This document shows positions 24,164-37,284 of a stretch of DNA of 64,000 nucleotides, piece by piece (positions within the stretch are counted from its first letter, which is position 1; every line of letters begins with the position of its first letter). This DNA comes from Octopus sinensis. Lineage: Eukaryota. The notes beneath the pieces are model-generated. The model made no database searches. It was not told where the DNA came from and was given only the letters and a program-made list of their open reading frames with translations. The DNA lies in the NCBI RefSeq assembly GCF_006345805.1, contig NC_043006.1:16864001-16928000 (forward strand), in the 5' to 3' direction. Position numbers and translations under genes: made by a program.

Positions 24164-24602
24164 CTCTTTTGATACCAACCTGCCTGAGACAACTTTTACT
24201 TCTAACTTCTTATTTTAAAATGATCTAAATTAAAAACCTTCCATCAAATTTCATGTTTATCTATATTCCAAAAACCAGCTTAATAATGATAAAGTCCGAA
24301 GTCAGGACGCCATGATAGGTCGTTAGCTCCTACACGCATTTTTTTCTCTCCTTGTTTTTTTCTGTGTATCTTTCTGTCGAAGAGTGTAGGCTTGAAACGT
24401 AAAAGACTTTTTCTATTTCTATTCCTGAGTGCTATACTAATACATTTGTTTGTTTGTACTCCACCTGCCTTCGTCTTTTGTTTATTTTCGTAAACTTTCC
24501 TGTTAATAATGATAAAAGTTATTTTACTGAATTCTTCCATTATTTTCACAGTTAATTGAAACAAAGGCAGTGTATTCAAAAAGAAATAGGGTAACAAAAG
24601 AG
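24164..24602 (+). mobile_element. piggyBac-type MITE related to family A, interrupted by a 209-bp insertion
   Basis: TTAA|CTCTTTTGATACC ... GGGTAACAAAAGAG ends; about 216 bp once the insert and one TSD copy are removed. Confidence 0.7.
24294..24502 (+). mobile_element. Short retroelement end (Penelope-like) with 14-bp TSD and a minimal hammerhead-like motif
   Basis: TSD TTAATAATGATAAA at 24280-24293 and 24503-24516; motif at 24369-24406. Confidence 0.65.
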
Positions 24603-26110
24603 AAAGCTCATCACAGGACTTTCAACTTCTATTGCCACAAATTGTACAATAGGTAAACAGTGCTATCATTAATTGTACAAGACAGACTACAATCTAGTAA
24701 AAAAAAAAGCACAGCTCACCATAAACAAACTATACAGCATGTGCATATTCTGTGTGGTTTGTGTGTACATACAAACACACACACACCATCATTATTGTTT
24801 AATGTCCATTGCTCCATGCTTGCATGGATCAGATGGGTCACCAACCCTCACCTGTTTCAAAGCAAATAACGTTTCCCTATGGCCAGACATGTCTTTCATG
24901 GAAAACTGGAAATGAATAACACTGTATAATAGCGATGCTCATTTACAACTATTACATGATGTCAAGATAAGTGTACACACATACACACACACACAATTAG
25001 ACCTTAGTTTGAACTATAGTTGAAGACATTTGCCCAAGATACCATGCAGTGGGACTGAACCCAAGACCACATGGTTGGGAAGCAAGCTTCTTACCACAAT
25101 CACACTTGAAACTGTATATCTAATTAAAACTTTATCGCAGGTTTTATTCACTACTAATATGGTAGCAAAATGGTTAAAGTAATTTAAATTAAAATCTTCC
25201 ATGAAAATCACACAATTTATATTTCAAACACCAGCTTAATAATTACAAAGTTATATACGAATTTTTTCCTTATTTTCAAATGTATATGAAACAAAAGTAG
25301 TGTCTCCAGAAAAATGGTAACAAAAGAGTTAACAGACAACAATGGAATCTGAGTGGCTGACTTAGCTCAATACATATGAAGACAATTCTATAGTTTATTT
25401 ACAGGACTGACAATACTCTCCATATTTTCTTATATATCATATATGATTTCTATTCATTAAAATTTTCTGAATTAATTTTAAAAAATAGATTAATAGAAGA
25501 AAAAAAAATGGAGCTATATTGCAGAGTTGTATGAAAATGAATGTGTGAGAGTATGTGTGTAACAATATGGTTGGCAAAGTAATTCATAGAAACTTGAAAC
25601 TGCTTTCACATGTAAATCAATTTATTGACTGACAGAAAGATAACGATATCACTAAAAACAAGATACATAACCAGTAGACCAGGTGGTAAAGATGTAATAC
25701 ATTTGTCATAGTATCGAGGAAGATAATAGGGTTGTGTTTTGATGCTTGTTTGGGTTTTTTTCTTCTTTTATTAATGCTGATGCAGGGAAAAAACATTAGC
25801 TTAGGTAAGTAGCTTTAAGACAAATCCATTGACAAGAATCAACACAATCACAACACAAGTTAATTTCAATTCACAATGCATTAAGTATGTTTTCACTGTG
25901 TTTATTTCTGAGACATGCTTCTCAATACTTATAAGCAACAGCTAATTTTATAACAGCATAGTTATTTTTTCCCCAGTTGTTCTTAACTTGTCTAAAATCT
26001 GTGTCATAGATTTTAAATATGTTACACTCTGAGTTGCTTCTAGATGTTCATTGATGGTAGACAATCCATCACCCTGTTTAGCACCATCATCTGGTCCTTG
26101 AATGCCTTAA

Positions 26111-26330
26111 CCCTTTCGTTACCAACCCAGCTGAAACCGGCTCTAGCTCTGACAACAAATGTCTTGTTTTCATAAGTTTTGAATTAAAATCTTCCACCAA
26201 ACCTTAGTCACAATTTATGTTCCTAACACTAGCTGAATGATAACTAAGTTATTTTACTAATTTCTTTGTTATATTTAAAGTAATTGAAAGAAACACAGAG
26301 CATCTCAAAATAAATACAGTTATGGAAGGG
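26111..26330 (+). mobile_element. piggyBac-type MITE, family A (220 bp)
   Basis: TTAA|CCCTTTCGTTACC ... GGAAGGG|TTAA. Confidence 0.85.
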
Positions 26331-28565
26331 TTAAGCGGAGTCCACTCTGTTGCAAGCCCTCAGGCCAGATTTCTAATCAACAAAAAGCTTCCTCCTTTCT
26401 TTCCACTTATTGTGGTATATATTTTATCAACTCAAAAAGTTTTAGGAGAGAGGTGGCTTCTAATGATATGGACCCAGCAGTTGGTATTTATTTCATTTTG
26501 AACCTAGAAGGGTGGAAGATAAAAAACAACCCTGATGGGATTTGAACTCAGAAGACAAAAGCAAGGCCATTTTTCTCTCTTGCTTTACTAATTCTGCCAT
26601 ATGAATGAATTTGTTTGCAATGCAGAATGGAGAGAATATTTACATATATCATTGTCTGTGTGCATATAAGTATATATTAAATATATGTGTGCATGTGCAT
26701 ATATAAATAATACTCCTGATGATTTGGGTAAAAAGAGATTTTAAATTAATTTAAATCAATTATGTATCAAACATGTAATTAGAGAATTAATGATGTTTAT
26801 TCTAATGAAACAGCTGTTGAGCACACAATGCAACAAAAATGTGAAATTTATACTTTTCTGCTCTTATTCCAAAGAATATAATCATTAATTCTTATGATCC
26901 CAAGTGAATAAAAGATCAAAATGAACTCAAATTAGACTGCAGATGAATAGGTTCTTTTTCCAAATTATTATAAAGTATTAGGGACAAATGAAGTCATGCA
27001 GTTCAAATCAAAAATCTAACCTAAAAAACTGACTTAAAAACTAAGCTCTGTTCAATCAACACTACATTTCTACTAGACAACAACAACAGCAGCAACAACA
27101 ACAATAGAATGACACAGGCTATAGAGAAAACTCTTTGAAACACTACAGACTGCTGGTACCTAACAATTTGACAGATGCCCAAATTCGATGTCCCACAGTT
27201 CAAGTGAAGGCTTTGAAGAATTTCATAAAAAATATTCAACCCTTCTAAGTGAATTATCAGCTTTACAAGTCGGAAACAGCAAATACCTGGTTTCTTAATC
27301 CTTTAGCACCTGATGCATTGATAAAATGTCAGACTGATTCTAAAATTTTCAGTTTGGAAGGAAAACATTAAATAATATTAGCTTGAAAATCAATATAATA
27401 ATCTATTTCTATGCACAAAAGAATATATATACATACACACACACACACATATATATATATATAGGCATCAGTAAATTTCCTGTATGATAAAACAAATCCC
27501 AAAACACCAAATTACAACTGAAATGGAATGCTGGAATAATCAGGAATTAAAACATAAAAGATAGTGTATGTGCTGCATGTGTGCACGACCATGTGTACAC
27601 ACACACAATATGTATGTACTTCAAGTATATGTACATAAAATACATGTACATGCATATATGAGCACATTGCATATGTATATGCACACATGAATATTCCTAA
27701 GTGTGTGTGTAGTTATATTAAGAGCACTATTTGTATATATTCTTTTTGTCACACACACAGAGAAAAACTTGAATGACCCTTGAAGACACTTGTCTACCAT
27801 GTTTACTCAGTTTCCATATCCAAAGAGGTTTCCTCAGAGTAATCCAAGATCTTTCAGATCATGTTTATAATCCATTTAGACAGGTGAAAGCATTGAAAGC
27901 ATTTGTAAACTTATATCAATCTATTATATTTTAATTATATAAGAGTATAACAAGTCAGTTGACTACCATTAGCGTAGTGGTAGTGAATCTGAAACAAAAT
28001 ACATTTAAGTCATCAATAAGAGTAGGGTTAACTTTCTGCCTTCGGAATAATCCGACATTTATCATGGATTAGTGACATATTCCTTTATGTATTGTAAATG
28101 GAATATTTGAGGAAGACACCTGCTCTGACTTGTAATAAACACATAAGAACTAAATCAAGAATTGCAGAAGATTTTTCTAGCTTCCATCCACTCTTTCACA
28201 ACATAATCCTCATTAAGAAATAATATAAATAACAAACAGAAAACCCTTATGCATTATGAAAACTTTCTCGAGCAATTCTAAAGCATGCAGCTTTTAAAAG
28301 AGTATGCAATATTATTCTGCAGCTGCACAGGATTAATAAAAATAAAACAAAAATCAATTGTTAGTTATTAAAATAACATCACCTTTATTCTGATATTCCA
28401 TCTTTCCCCCATGTTATCAAGTAGTTGAACACTTTTACTGTTTATTTATCTAACCCCCACTCCAATTTAAAAGTAGTAAGCTCATTTAGGTAACCTATTG
28501 ACTGAAATAAAATACTATTGTGAACCATAGCGAATATTAACAAAACACTTCAAAGAATTGCTCTC

Positions 28566-28597
<32 letters not shown>

Positions 28598-29145
28598 GGG
28601 GTTATCAACTGCCACTATCCCCCTTAAAGTAAACAAGTTTAGAGTGCAGCATGGTGATATTAAGATATGAAGCAAGTATTGCTGCTTTAATCAATCAACT
28701 GCACTGATCTAATAACATTACACTTTCAAAGTTAATTAACTCTTTTGATAGCAACTCACCCGAGACCATCCTAGTTCCATGATATAAACATCCTGGTTTC
28801 CAGTGATCTAAGCTAAAAGCTTCTCCGTCAAACTTTCATGTCTCAAACACCACCATGATAACGAAAGTTACTTCACAAAATTCTTCATTATTTCAAAACA
28901 AGGGAAATGCATTTCAAAAGAAATATGTTAGCAAACTGGTTAAACATATATCTTCAATATACACTATACACTATTTATCAATGGAGTCTGTAAACAAATT
29001 TTAATTAAAAAAAAAAAAAAAAGAAACCGACCAAGTTTTCCAAGTTAAAGTGTCGGTCTTCATAACTAACAATAAGTTACATTATGTCATAGATGAAGTT
29101 AGCAGGGGGGTGGGGTCTTCCAGCTGTAAAAATTATTTGCAAGCA

Positions 29146-29338
29146 TGTGCCGGTGACACGTAAAAAGCACCCACTACACTCTCGGAGTGGTTGGCATTAG
29201 GAAGGGCATCCAGCTGTAGAAACTCTGCCAAATCAAGATTGGAGCTTGGTGCAGCCATCTGGTTCACCAGCCCTCAGTCAAAATCGTCCAACCCATGCTA
29301 GCATGGAAAGTGGACGTTAAACGATGATGATGATGATG
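29146..29338 (+). mobile_element. RTE LINE 3' end with (GAT)n tail
   Basis: Same 3' UTR family. Confidence 0.8.
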
Positions 29339-30046
29339 TATAGCTGTTTGAGTGCTTCACAACCATGTAGTTCTAGTTTCAATCTTAATACGTGGCAGCC
29401 TCAGCTTCATTAATATTAGGTGAGTGGAATCTGATATAATGTAGAAGCCATTTATTTGCGTGTGTAGAGTGTGTTCCTCCGAAGGATATAAACTGTTGAG
29501 AAAACTGAGAAACCAGTGTGTTACAAACAAAGTCTTCAGGCGTTTGTTCTGCATCAAACTACAAACGCGTGGAATCTGAGATTGATCCATTAGAAACCTA
29601 TAACCAATGATACTACTATTGACCAATTCTGTGATATAAAAATATGAAAAATAGAAAGAAACAAGCAAGCAAATGTGAAAATTTGCACAAACTGTTCTCA
29701 TGGTAACGTGAAAAATCTAACAAAAACAATGAAAAATAAAGTTAATCTCATCAACAGCTGCAAGATGTCATATTTAGGTTTAATATATTTGTATTTCCAT
29801 CAATCAAGTAGAGAACAGCAAACAGGTTTTTTAAAATATGAACAGCAAAAGACAAAATTATTTTCTTTTTGTGAAGTATAGATATACAGAAAAAATAAAA
29901 CTTCAAGATAAAGTATATGCATCAAAATTTATAGAAGATGCTCATCCACTAATCCAAACCAACAGTGAAGCTAAACCATTAACCAGTGTTAAGAATATGC
30001 ACAACTGAAATCAATTAGAAACTATAAAAGCAGAAGATTGTATTAA

Positions 30047-30267
30047 CCCTTTAGCATTTAAACCGGCCATATCCGGCCAAAAGTATTCTGCCTGTTTTAT
30101 GTTTAAACTGGCCAGATCTGGTCTCTCACACCAGCCCCACAATATCGTTTTAAAAATTAACAGCTACCTCATGAAAATCTCATAGCACCAAGATAATGCC
30201 TGATTAGTTCAAGGCAATGTGGATAAAAAAGGATTAATTTTGGCTGAATAATGCAAACACTAAAGGG
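30047..30267 (+). mobile_element. piggyBac-type MITE, family B (221 bp)
   Basis: TTAA|CCCTTTAG ... CTAAAGGG|TTAA. Confidence 0.85.
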
Positions 30268-30627
30268 TTAAGGAGGAAACAAGTACAGAGTTCAAGAAAT
30301 ATTGTCTTCCTGCAGCCAAAATGACCGTCTACCAGAAGAAAATTACAATAGCTACCATCCTCTCTAAGCAACTAGTGTCAGCCGATGAGGAGTCTTCAAG
30401 TGAGAAGCAGATGTCAAGTGGAATCCACTACATAAACTGACACCATTTGTAACAATCATTAACAAAAATTAACCCAAGCTAATACAGAAGCCTCTAGATC
30501 AGAAGCAGGCAAATTTTTTATATCAATGACCCTTCGTGGATTCATTGACAACTTGTTGACCCCATCATGTAAATTGCTAAAATAAAAATTGGTAAGTATG
30601 ATTATAATAAGCAATTTCTTGATTTAA

Positions 30628-30848
30628 CCCTTTAGTGTTCAGATTACTCTGTTAAATGTAATGCTTTTTCACTCAAATTGTTTTGAATTACTCATGCATT
30701 ATCTTACAGCTTTGAGGTTTCAATGATGTGATTGTTTATTTTCAGAATGGCATTGTAGGTTAGGAGTGAGAGGCTAGATATCGCCAGTTTGAATATAAAA
30801 CATGTAGAATATATTGGGCCGGATTTGGCCAGTTAAGACACTAAAGAG
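30628..30848 (-). mobile_element. piggyBac-type MITE, family B (221 bp)
   Basis: TTAA|CCCTTTAG ... CTAAAGAG|TTAA. Confidence 0.8.
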
Positions 30849-31867
30849 TTAAAAACAATGATTCTTCTGTTCTTTTGCACCATTACCATTTTTTAGATAA
30901 ATATTTAAAGAAATTTAATAAAAATACTTAACAAAATCAATGCAGAACAATAGAAAATACATGTCCAGGCTGTTTCACTGTACTTCATATAATTTACCAA
31001 TGCTTGTGAGAATGTATAGTATTGTCCTCAGTAGGGAAGAAATGTGATATAATTAGGACTCTGTGGACAGCAAGTCCTCATTTGACTATTTGCATACTCT
31101 TGGACTACTTCATTAAAGCTGACCTGGGGGGGCAGGGGTACATAGCAAAATCTTCATTTTCATTTGAACTCTGCCAATAGTTAATGGCACCAAAGCAATA
31201 AACTCCTCAGCAAAACAGTTTCCTCTTAGCTGTGCACACACACTTCACAACCATCACAGAAAAGTGTAATTGTCTAAAATAACATTAGATTCACATACAA
31301 TGTATTCAGTGCACATACTTTTATAAGAGAAAATTTACACAGCATAACAAGATGGCTAAAAGAAAAAAAAAAGGAATATTACAATCAAGTCAATTTTATA
31401 TACCCACAAATTACAAAATAATACAGCCAGCCGTATCTAGGTTAAATCCAACTAATCTGTAGAAAGAGAGATCCAGAAATGAAAAAAGTTAGCTATCTCA
31501 CCTAAATAAGAGATTTTAGTATTTACTCTTTTACATTTCAGCTGATTTACCTTGATGTTTGATTTCAAAAAATTAATCCAATTTGTGACCAATGTCATTA
31601 TAGCTGTTCTTATGATTGGTAAAAACACACAAAAAAATCTCATTTAAAGTATAAATATAACAATTGTTATTTAATTTTTTATTAGGCTTGCAATGCAGGA
31701 GCAAAAGTAAAAAGCTACGACATTAATTCCTTTGAGCAAAGCATCAATAAGTACAGCAAAATATAATTTGAAACTGAGCCATACATTGGACAACCAAAGT
31801 TTTGATTAGGTTTAAGTATTTTGTCCCAGAAATATAATGTTCTATATTTAAGAGATGTGGAATTATG

Positions 31868-32040
31868 TACATTATTTAAATTATTTACAATTGACAGATA
31901 TTTGTCCTCATCTTGTTTGTTGTTCAAAATTTCACCAAGATACCTGATGAAGACTGGAAGGTATATCGGCCGAAACATTGTGTTAACAACAAACAAGATG
32001 AGGACAAATATCCATCAATTGTAAATAATGTAAATAATGA
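31868..32040 (+). mobile_element. Penelope-like terminus with inverted partial repeat and a minimal hammerhead-like motif
   Basis: Perfect 28-bp inverted repeat (31897-31924 / 31985-32012), imperfectly extending to about 55 bp, enclosing CTGATGA...GAAA. Confidence 0.7.
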
Positions 32041-32175
32041 ATATAATGTAACATCGACAATAAAATGTAAACAGAAACTGGATTCTTTTTACCATGGTCT
32101 GATGAAAAACAATAATCCTTATTTCAGAACAAGGAGCTTTTACTGTTAGTAGAGGAAAAAGAATACTATTATTTA

Positions 32176-32421
32176 CATGGCACATAAAAAACACCATCTG
32201 AGCGTGGCCGTTCGCCAGCCTCGTCTGGCACCTGTGTCGGTGGCACATAAAATCACCCACTATACTCTCAGAGTGGTTGGCGTTAGGAAGGGCATCCAGC
32301 TGTAGAAACACTGCCAGATCTGACTGGCCTGGTGCAGCCTTCGGGCTCCCCAGACCCCAGTTGAACCGTCCAACCCATGCTAGCATGGAAAGCGGACGTT
32401 AAATGATGATGATGATGATGA
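32176..32421 (+). mobile_element. RTE LINE 3' end with (GAT)n tail
   Basis: Nearly identical to 15143-15369. Confidence 0.8.
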
Positions 32422-32695
32422 TCCCAAAATATTCATGAAGACTAATTTAGCATATCTGTAGAATATGAAATCATAAAGGGATAGTGCCAACAAAATATGG
32501 TAAAACAATGTAAAACAAACTCCAGAATTGCTGTCTTACATTTTATGCTGTTATAAGCAAGCACCCCAACATCATTTCCTACTTGAAATACTTTAACTTC
32601 AGTCAGCTTCAAGTCATCCAATGGATACATTAAATCAAATTCACATTGATCATCAGAATCTTCTAAAATTTTCAGTACCACATCATAATCATTAA

Positions 32696-32916
32696 CCTTT
32701 TTGATACCAACCTGGCTGAAACCAGCTCTGGCTCTGTAGTACAAATGTCTAGTTTTCATAAGTTTTGAATTAAAATCTTCCACCAAACCTTAGTCACGAT
32801 TTATGTTCCTAACACAAGCTTAATGATGACTAAGTTATTTTACTAAATTCTTTGTTATATCTAAAGTAATTGAAAGAAACACAGAGCATCTCAAAATAAA
32901 TACAGTAACAAAAGGG
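32696..32916 (+). mobile_element. piggyBac-type MITE, family A
   Basis: TTAA|CCTTTTTGATACC ... GTAACAAAAGGG|TTAG. Confidence 0.8.
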
Positions 32917-33769
32917 TTAGACATACATTTTCCATTTTGGCAGGATCCAGCAAGCTCCCAGGGTTTGTCAAGCTCCATTGGCAGCTTTAACATGGTTCTA
33001 CAAGCTGGATACCATTCCTAGTATCAACCACTTTACAGTGTGTACTGGGCGCTCTATTGCATGCCACTGACACTAACAAGAAAAGACCAATAAAAAGGAA
33101 AAGTCCCCAAAACTAAATAAGCAGGAGTACCTGAGGAGGGCAGTGGTTTTTTCATACCGGGTGCTGAAAGGGTAAACTATGAAAGCAGGAAACAAAATGA
33201 CTGAGAACCACCAGAATGACCAGAACCGTACTTTAAGAAATTTTGAAAATTTCAGCACGCTAGCTCTCTGACCATGCTAATTATCTGATCAAAGTGATTG
33301 GAGTGATCAATAAAGATAAATATGTGTTGTGCATATTGATTTGCCTCAAGAACTTAATAATGTAGCAGACCTGAGCAAAAACTGTTGAACAACAAACAGA
33401 TACTCAAGATGCTTCAGAAGCGAGAATTTAACAGCAAATACTGGAAGTGTAAAAACAAAATGAGAGAGAGAGAGAGAGACTGTTGATGGTTACTTTCAAC
33501 TGCTATTAATTACTTACAGAAGGGACTGAGCTATGTTTAGTGAAGGGAATAGCTGCAGACAGAGCTACAGACACGCAATAAATTATATATATATATGGAA
33601 AAAAAGACTCCATTAAGATAATGAACAGGACAGAAAGAGATTTGTAAAATCAACATGCCTGAAGACAAGGTAGGTTTCATATACAGACTGTCTGGTGGTT
33701 GTATTGGAGAAGTGAAAGAGTAATACTTTAAATATAGGAAAGTGAGAGAACAGAACAGGAAGGAACTGA

Positions 33770-34990
33770 TAGGGGAAAGGTGGGAGGCAACAGAGGGAAG
33801 AGAGGTAGGTGGGGAGGCGACAAAGAGAAGAGAGAGTTCCGAAGGCAACGGAGATGGGGCGACTGGGAGGGTGAGAGGTGGCAAGACATCGGGAAGGGGG
33901 TTGATAGAGGAGAGGTGATGGGAAAGGGAGAGAGGTGGAGAGGAAGGGAGAGAGAGGTAGAGAGGCCACGAAGAGGGAAAGGTGGGGAGGCGACGAGGAG
34001 AGGGAGAGAGAGGTAGCGGGGGGTGAGAGGGAGAGAGAGAGGTGACAGGAAGAGAGAGGTGACAGGAAGAGAGAGGTGACAGGAAGAGAGAGGTGATAGG
34101 AGAGAAGAAAGGTGGAGGGAGAGAGGTAGAGGTGACGGGAGAGGGAGAGATAGAGGTGATGGGAGAGGGAGAGATAGAGGTGACGGGAGAGGGAGAGATA
34201 GAGGTGACGGGAGAGGGAGAGATAGAGGTGACGGGAGAGGGAGAGATAGAGGTGACGGGAGAGGTGACGGGAGAGGAGAGGTGACGGGAGAGGGAGAGGG
34301 AGAGATAGAGGTGACGGGAGAGGGAGAGGTAGAGGTGACGGGAGAGGGAGAGGTAGAGGTGACGGGAGAGGGAGAGGTAGAGGTGACGGGAGAGGGAGAG
34401 GTAGAGGTGACGGGAGAGGGAGAGGTAGAGGTGACGGTAGAGGGAGAGGTGACGGGAGAGGTGACGGAGAGGGAGAGGTGACGGGAGAGGGAGAGGTGAC
34501 GGGAGAGGGAGAGGTGACGGGAGAGGGAGAGGTGACGGGAGAGGGAGAGGTGACGGAGAGGGAGAGGTGACGGGAGAGTGAGAGAGAAAGGTAGAGGTGA
34601 CAGGAGATGGACAGAGAGAGAGGCAGAGGTGACGGGAGAGGGAGGTAGGGGTGATGGGAGAGGTGGAGTGGTGGCAAAGAGGAAGGGGACAAGGAAAAAG
34701 GGGGGACAAAAACGAGAAGGGGGAGTGGGGGCAAAGACAAGAGGGGCAGGAGGGATCAAAGAATGGCGGAGCAGAGGGGATCGAAGAGAAGGGCAGAAGG
34801 GATCAAAGAATGGCGGAGCAGAGGGGATCGAAGAGAAGGGCAGAAGGGATCAAAGAGAGGGGCAGAGGGCCGTGTCAAAGAGAGAGGCAAGGGGAGGTGT
34901 CAAAGAGAGAGGAGGGGCAGGAGCTCGAAGAAGAGAGGGGCAGGGGCTCGAAGAAGAGAGGGGCCAGGGCTCACAGAAGAGAGGGGTGAC
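33770..34990. repeat. Purine-rich (GA) minisatellite: 18/24-bp GAGGTGACGGGAGAGGGA(GAGATA/GAGGTA) units plus a 47-bp doublet near 34755-34850
   Basis: Read directly; source of the Ser/Pro- and Glu/Gly-rich ORFs in the track. Confidence 0.92.
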
Positions 34991-35405
34991 AGGAGGCAAG
35001 GAAGAAAGATAGTTGAAGGAAAAGAGAGAAAAACCAGTTCACCCAGTAAGCAATAAACAAGGTGCACTCAAAAGAGAATGACCAATGCTAAAGCCACAAC
35101 TGTTAGAACTCCATCATATTCCAGACATGCATAGAAAAACTACTTAGAATAATTAAAACACCAATACCAACATTGATTGGCCTCTTGACATTATCAGCTC
35201 TTCACGCAACTCTGATGCCCGAGCTAATTAGTCAAAGATATAAATAAATCTCGAGAACAGCAATTTAATGCTAATGAAGTTGTTATTAAAAAGATGAGAA
35301 AGTGAAGCAATGTTTTTAACAACTACTCACATATTCGCATAATAAAGTTAGTTCTTAATAGACAAACAACAGGTAAGCTGCGGAAATTACAGCACAAACA
35401 TACAA

Positions 35406-35406
<1 letters not shown>

Positions 35407-35492
<86 letters not shown>
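35407..35492. repeat. (TG)n microsatellite
   Basis: About 43 TG units. Confidence 0.95.
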
Positions 35493-35494
<2 letters not shown>

Positions 35495-36981
35495 TGACCT
35501 ATGACATGATTTAAGCTAAACTGGTGTTGCATAACATCAGACAGGTTTCACAATTGAAAAACAAAAACATTCGAGTGTAATCCTAAAGTCTTGAGTACAC
35601 GTGTTATTTTATTTCAAAGCCTCACATTCATAATTTCTCCTTACAAACGGGACTTATCATCCTCAGAATTAAGAGAGCATCGAACGTTTTCCACAGGTTG
35701 GTTTTGAATATTGCATAGAGAATTTTGCTATCCTGCAAAGTTCTGTATTTAAGAGTCATTTCTTGAGAATTAAGACAATGATCACATCAGACCAATATAG
35801 AATAGTTCACTTTCTCAACTTATGACACACAGAAAAATGCAGCTGGACCAAAGCCTGGGGTAGAGTCTTTCTCCTTAATATAATTTCAAAAAAAAAATAA
35901 TAAAAGCAGCAAAAATAATAAAAGCAGGAAAATCGTTTTTAAAAATACATCAAATAGTCACAAGTATGGCTCCGTGGTACAGACACTCGCTTTGCAATGT
36001 GATTTCAGGTTCAGCCCCACTGGGGCATCTTGGGCAAGTATTTTCTAATATAGCCTCAGTCCCATTGACATCTTGGGCAAGTATTTTCTAATATAGCCTC
36101 GGGCCAATAAATGCCTTGCAAATGAATTTAGTAAACAGAAACCGTAAAAGCCTGACATATACGTGTGTGTGTCCATGTCCACCACCACTGCTTGACACCC
36201 AGTGTTGGTTTGTTTACATCCCCATTACTGAACAGTTCAGCAAACGTGATAGAAAGCATAGGTACCAGACTTAGAGGACTGGAAGGAAGGAAGGAAGGAA
36301 GGACTCACTCACTCAGACAGACAGACACAAAGGAGGAGGGGGAAAGAATCAAGTAATCAAGAAAATGGTATTGGGTTAAAATCGTTACATAGATTGCAGA
36401 TTTGGCCGTTTAGTTTTTCTCTTCAATTCTATCAGAGAGAATAAATTCTATATGTGCTACTGTAAACAAGGTAAATGTGAAAAAGCACTAAATTTTATCA
36501 CTAGTTAAATGTTCAAAATTTCATGGTTAATGAACTTAATTTGCCAGTCATCAGTTGAAAGGAAAGAATGAAGTATAAAACTAATTATCCAATAGCAACA
36601 AAGAACCTTGCTAAGAGAGTACTTTCATAAAAAAAAATAAAACTAATTATGGCACACATCAGTAAGGTTATTAAAAATATCCTACCGCTTAATAGTAAAT
36701 ATGAAGAAAAGACCAGCAATAATCTACAAAAGTTATTTTGTCTAGATACAGAGGCCAGTTTTATTATCTTCAAAAGAGAGAATTACGGCCAATTGAATTA
36801 ACCAAAGTTATATTATCGATAGTTATATTATCAACGGTAGGAAGATGAAACGCCAAAACAACAACAATACCTTGTGAACATGTAAACCAAGACATTAAAA
36901 CACCTCCAGTACTCCACAGCCTGTAACACTGTTTCTCAGATGTTCAACGGATGAAATGAGAAATAAAATACTTTTTACATG

Positions 36982-37284
36982 CTTACGTAAAAAGCACCGT
37001 CCAAACGTGGCAGATGCCAGCGCCGTCTGGCTGGCGTCCGCGTCGGTGACACGTAAAAGCACCAATTGATCGTGGCCATTTGCCAGCCTGCTCTGGCCCC
37101 TGTGCCGGTGGCACATAAAAAACACCCACTACACTCACGGAATGGTTGGTGTTAAGAAGGGCATCCAGTTGTAGAAACACTGCCAGATCAGACTGGAGCC
37201 TAGTGCAGCCTCCATGGCTTCCAGATCTCGGTTGAACCGTCCAACCCATGCTAGCATGGAAAACAGACGTTAAATGATGATGAA
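36982..37284 (+). mobile_element. RTE LINE 3' end
   Basis: Same 3' UTR family, several modules. Confidence 0.8.

Noticed and set aside
29870-30450. A frame of about 105 codons with one stop that reads through if the 30047-30267 MITE is removed
   Set aside because: No recognisable protein similarity, no start or splice signals; plausible by chance across six frames of 64 kb.
32442-32786. 114-aa ORF with a protein-like acidic stretch (LEDSDDQCEFDL)
   Set aside because: N-terminal part comes from a MITE; remainder has no known motif or splice sites.
33537-35056. 340-390 aa Ser/Pro-rich and Glu/Gly-rich ORFs
   Set aside because: Translations of the GA minisatellite on both strands.
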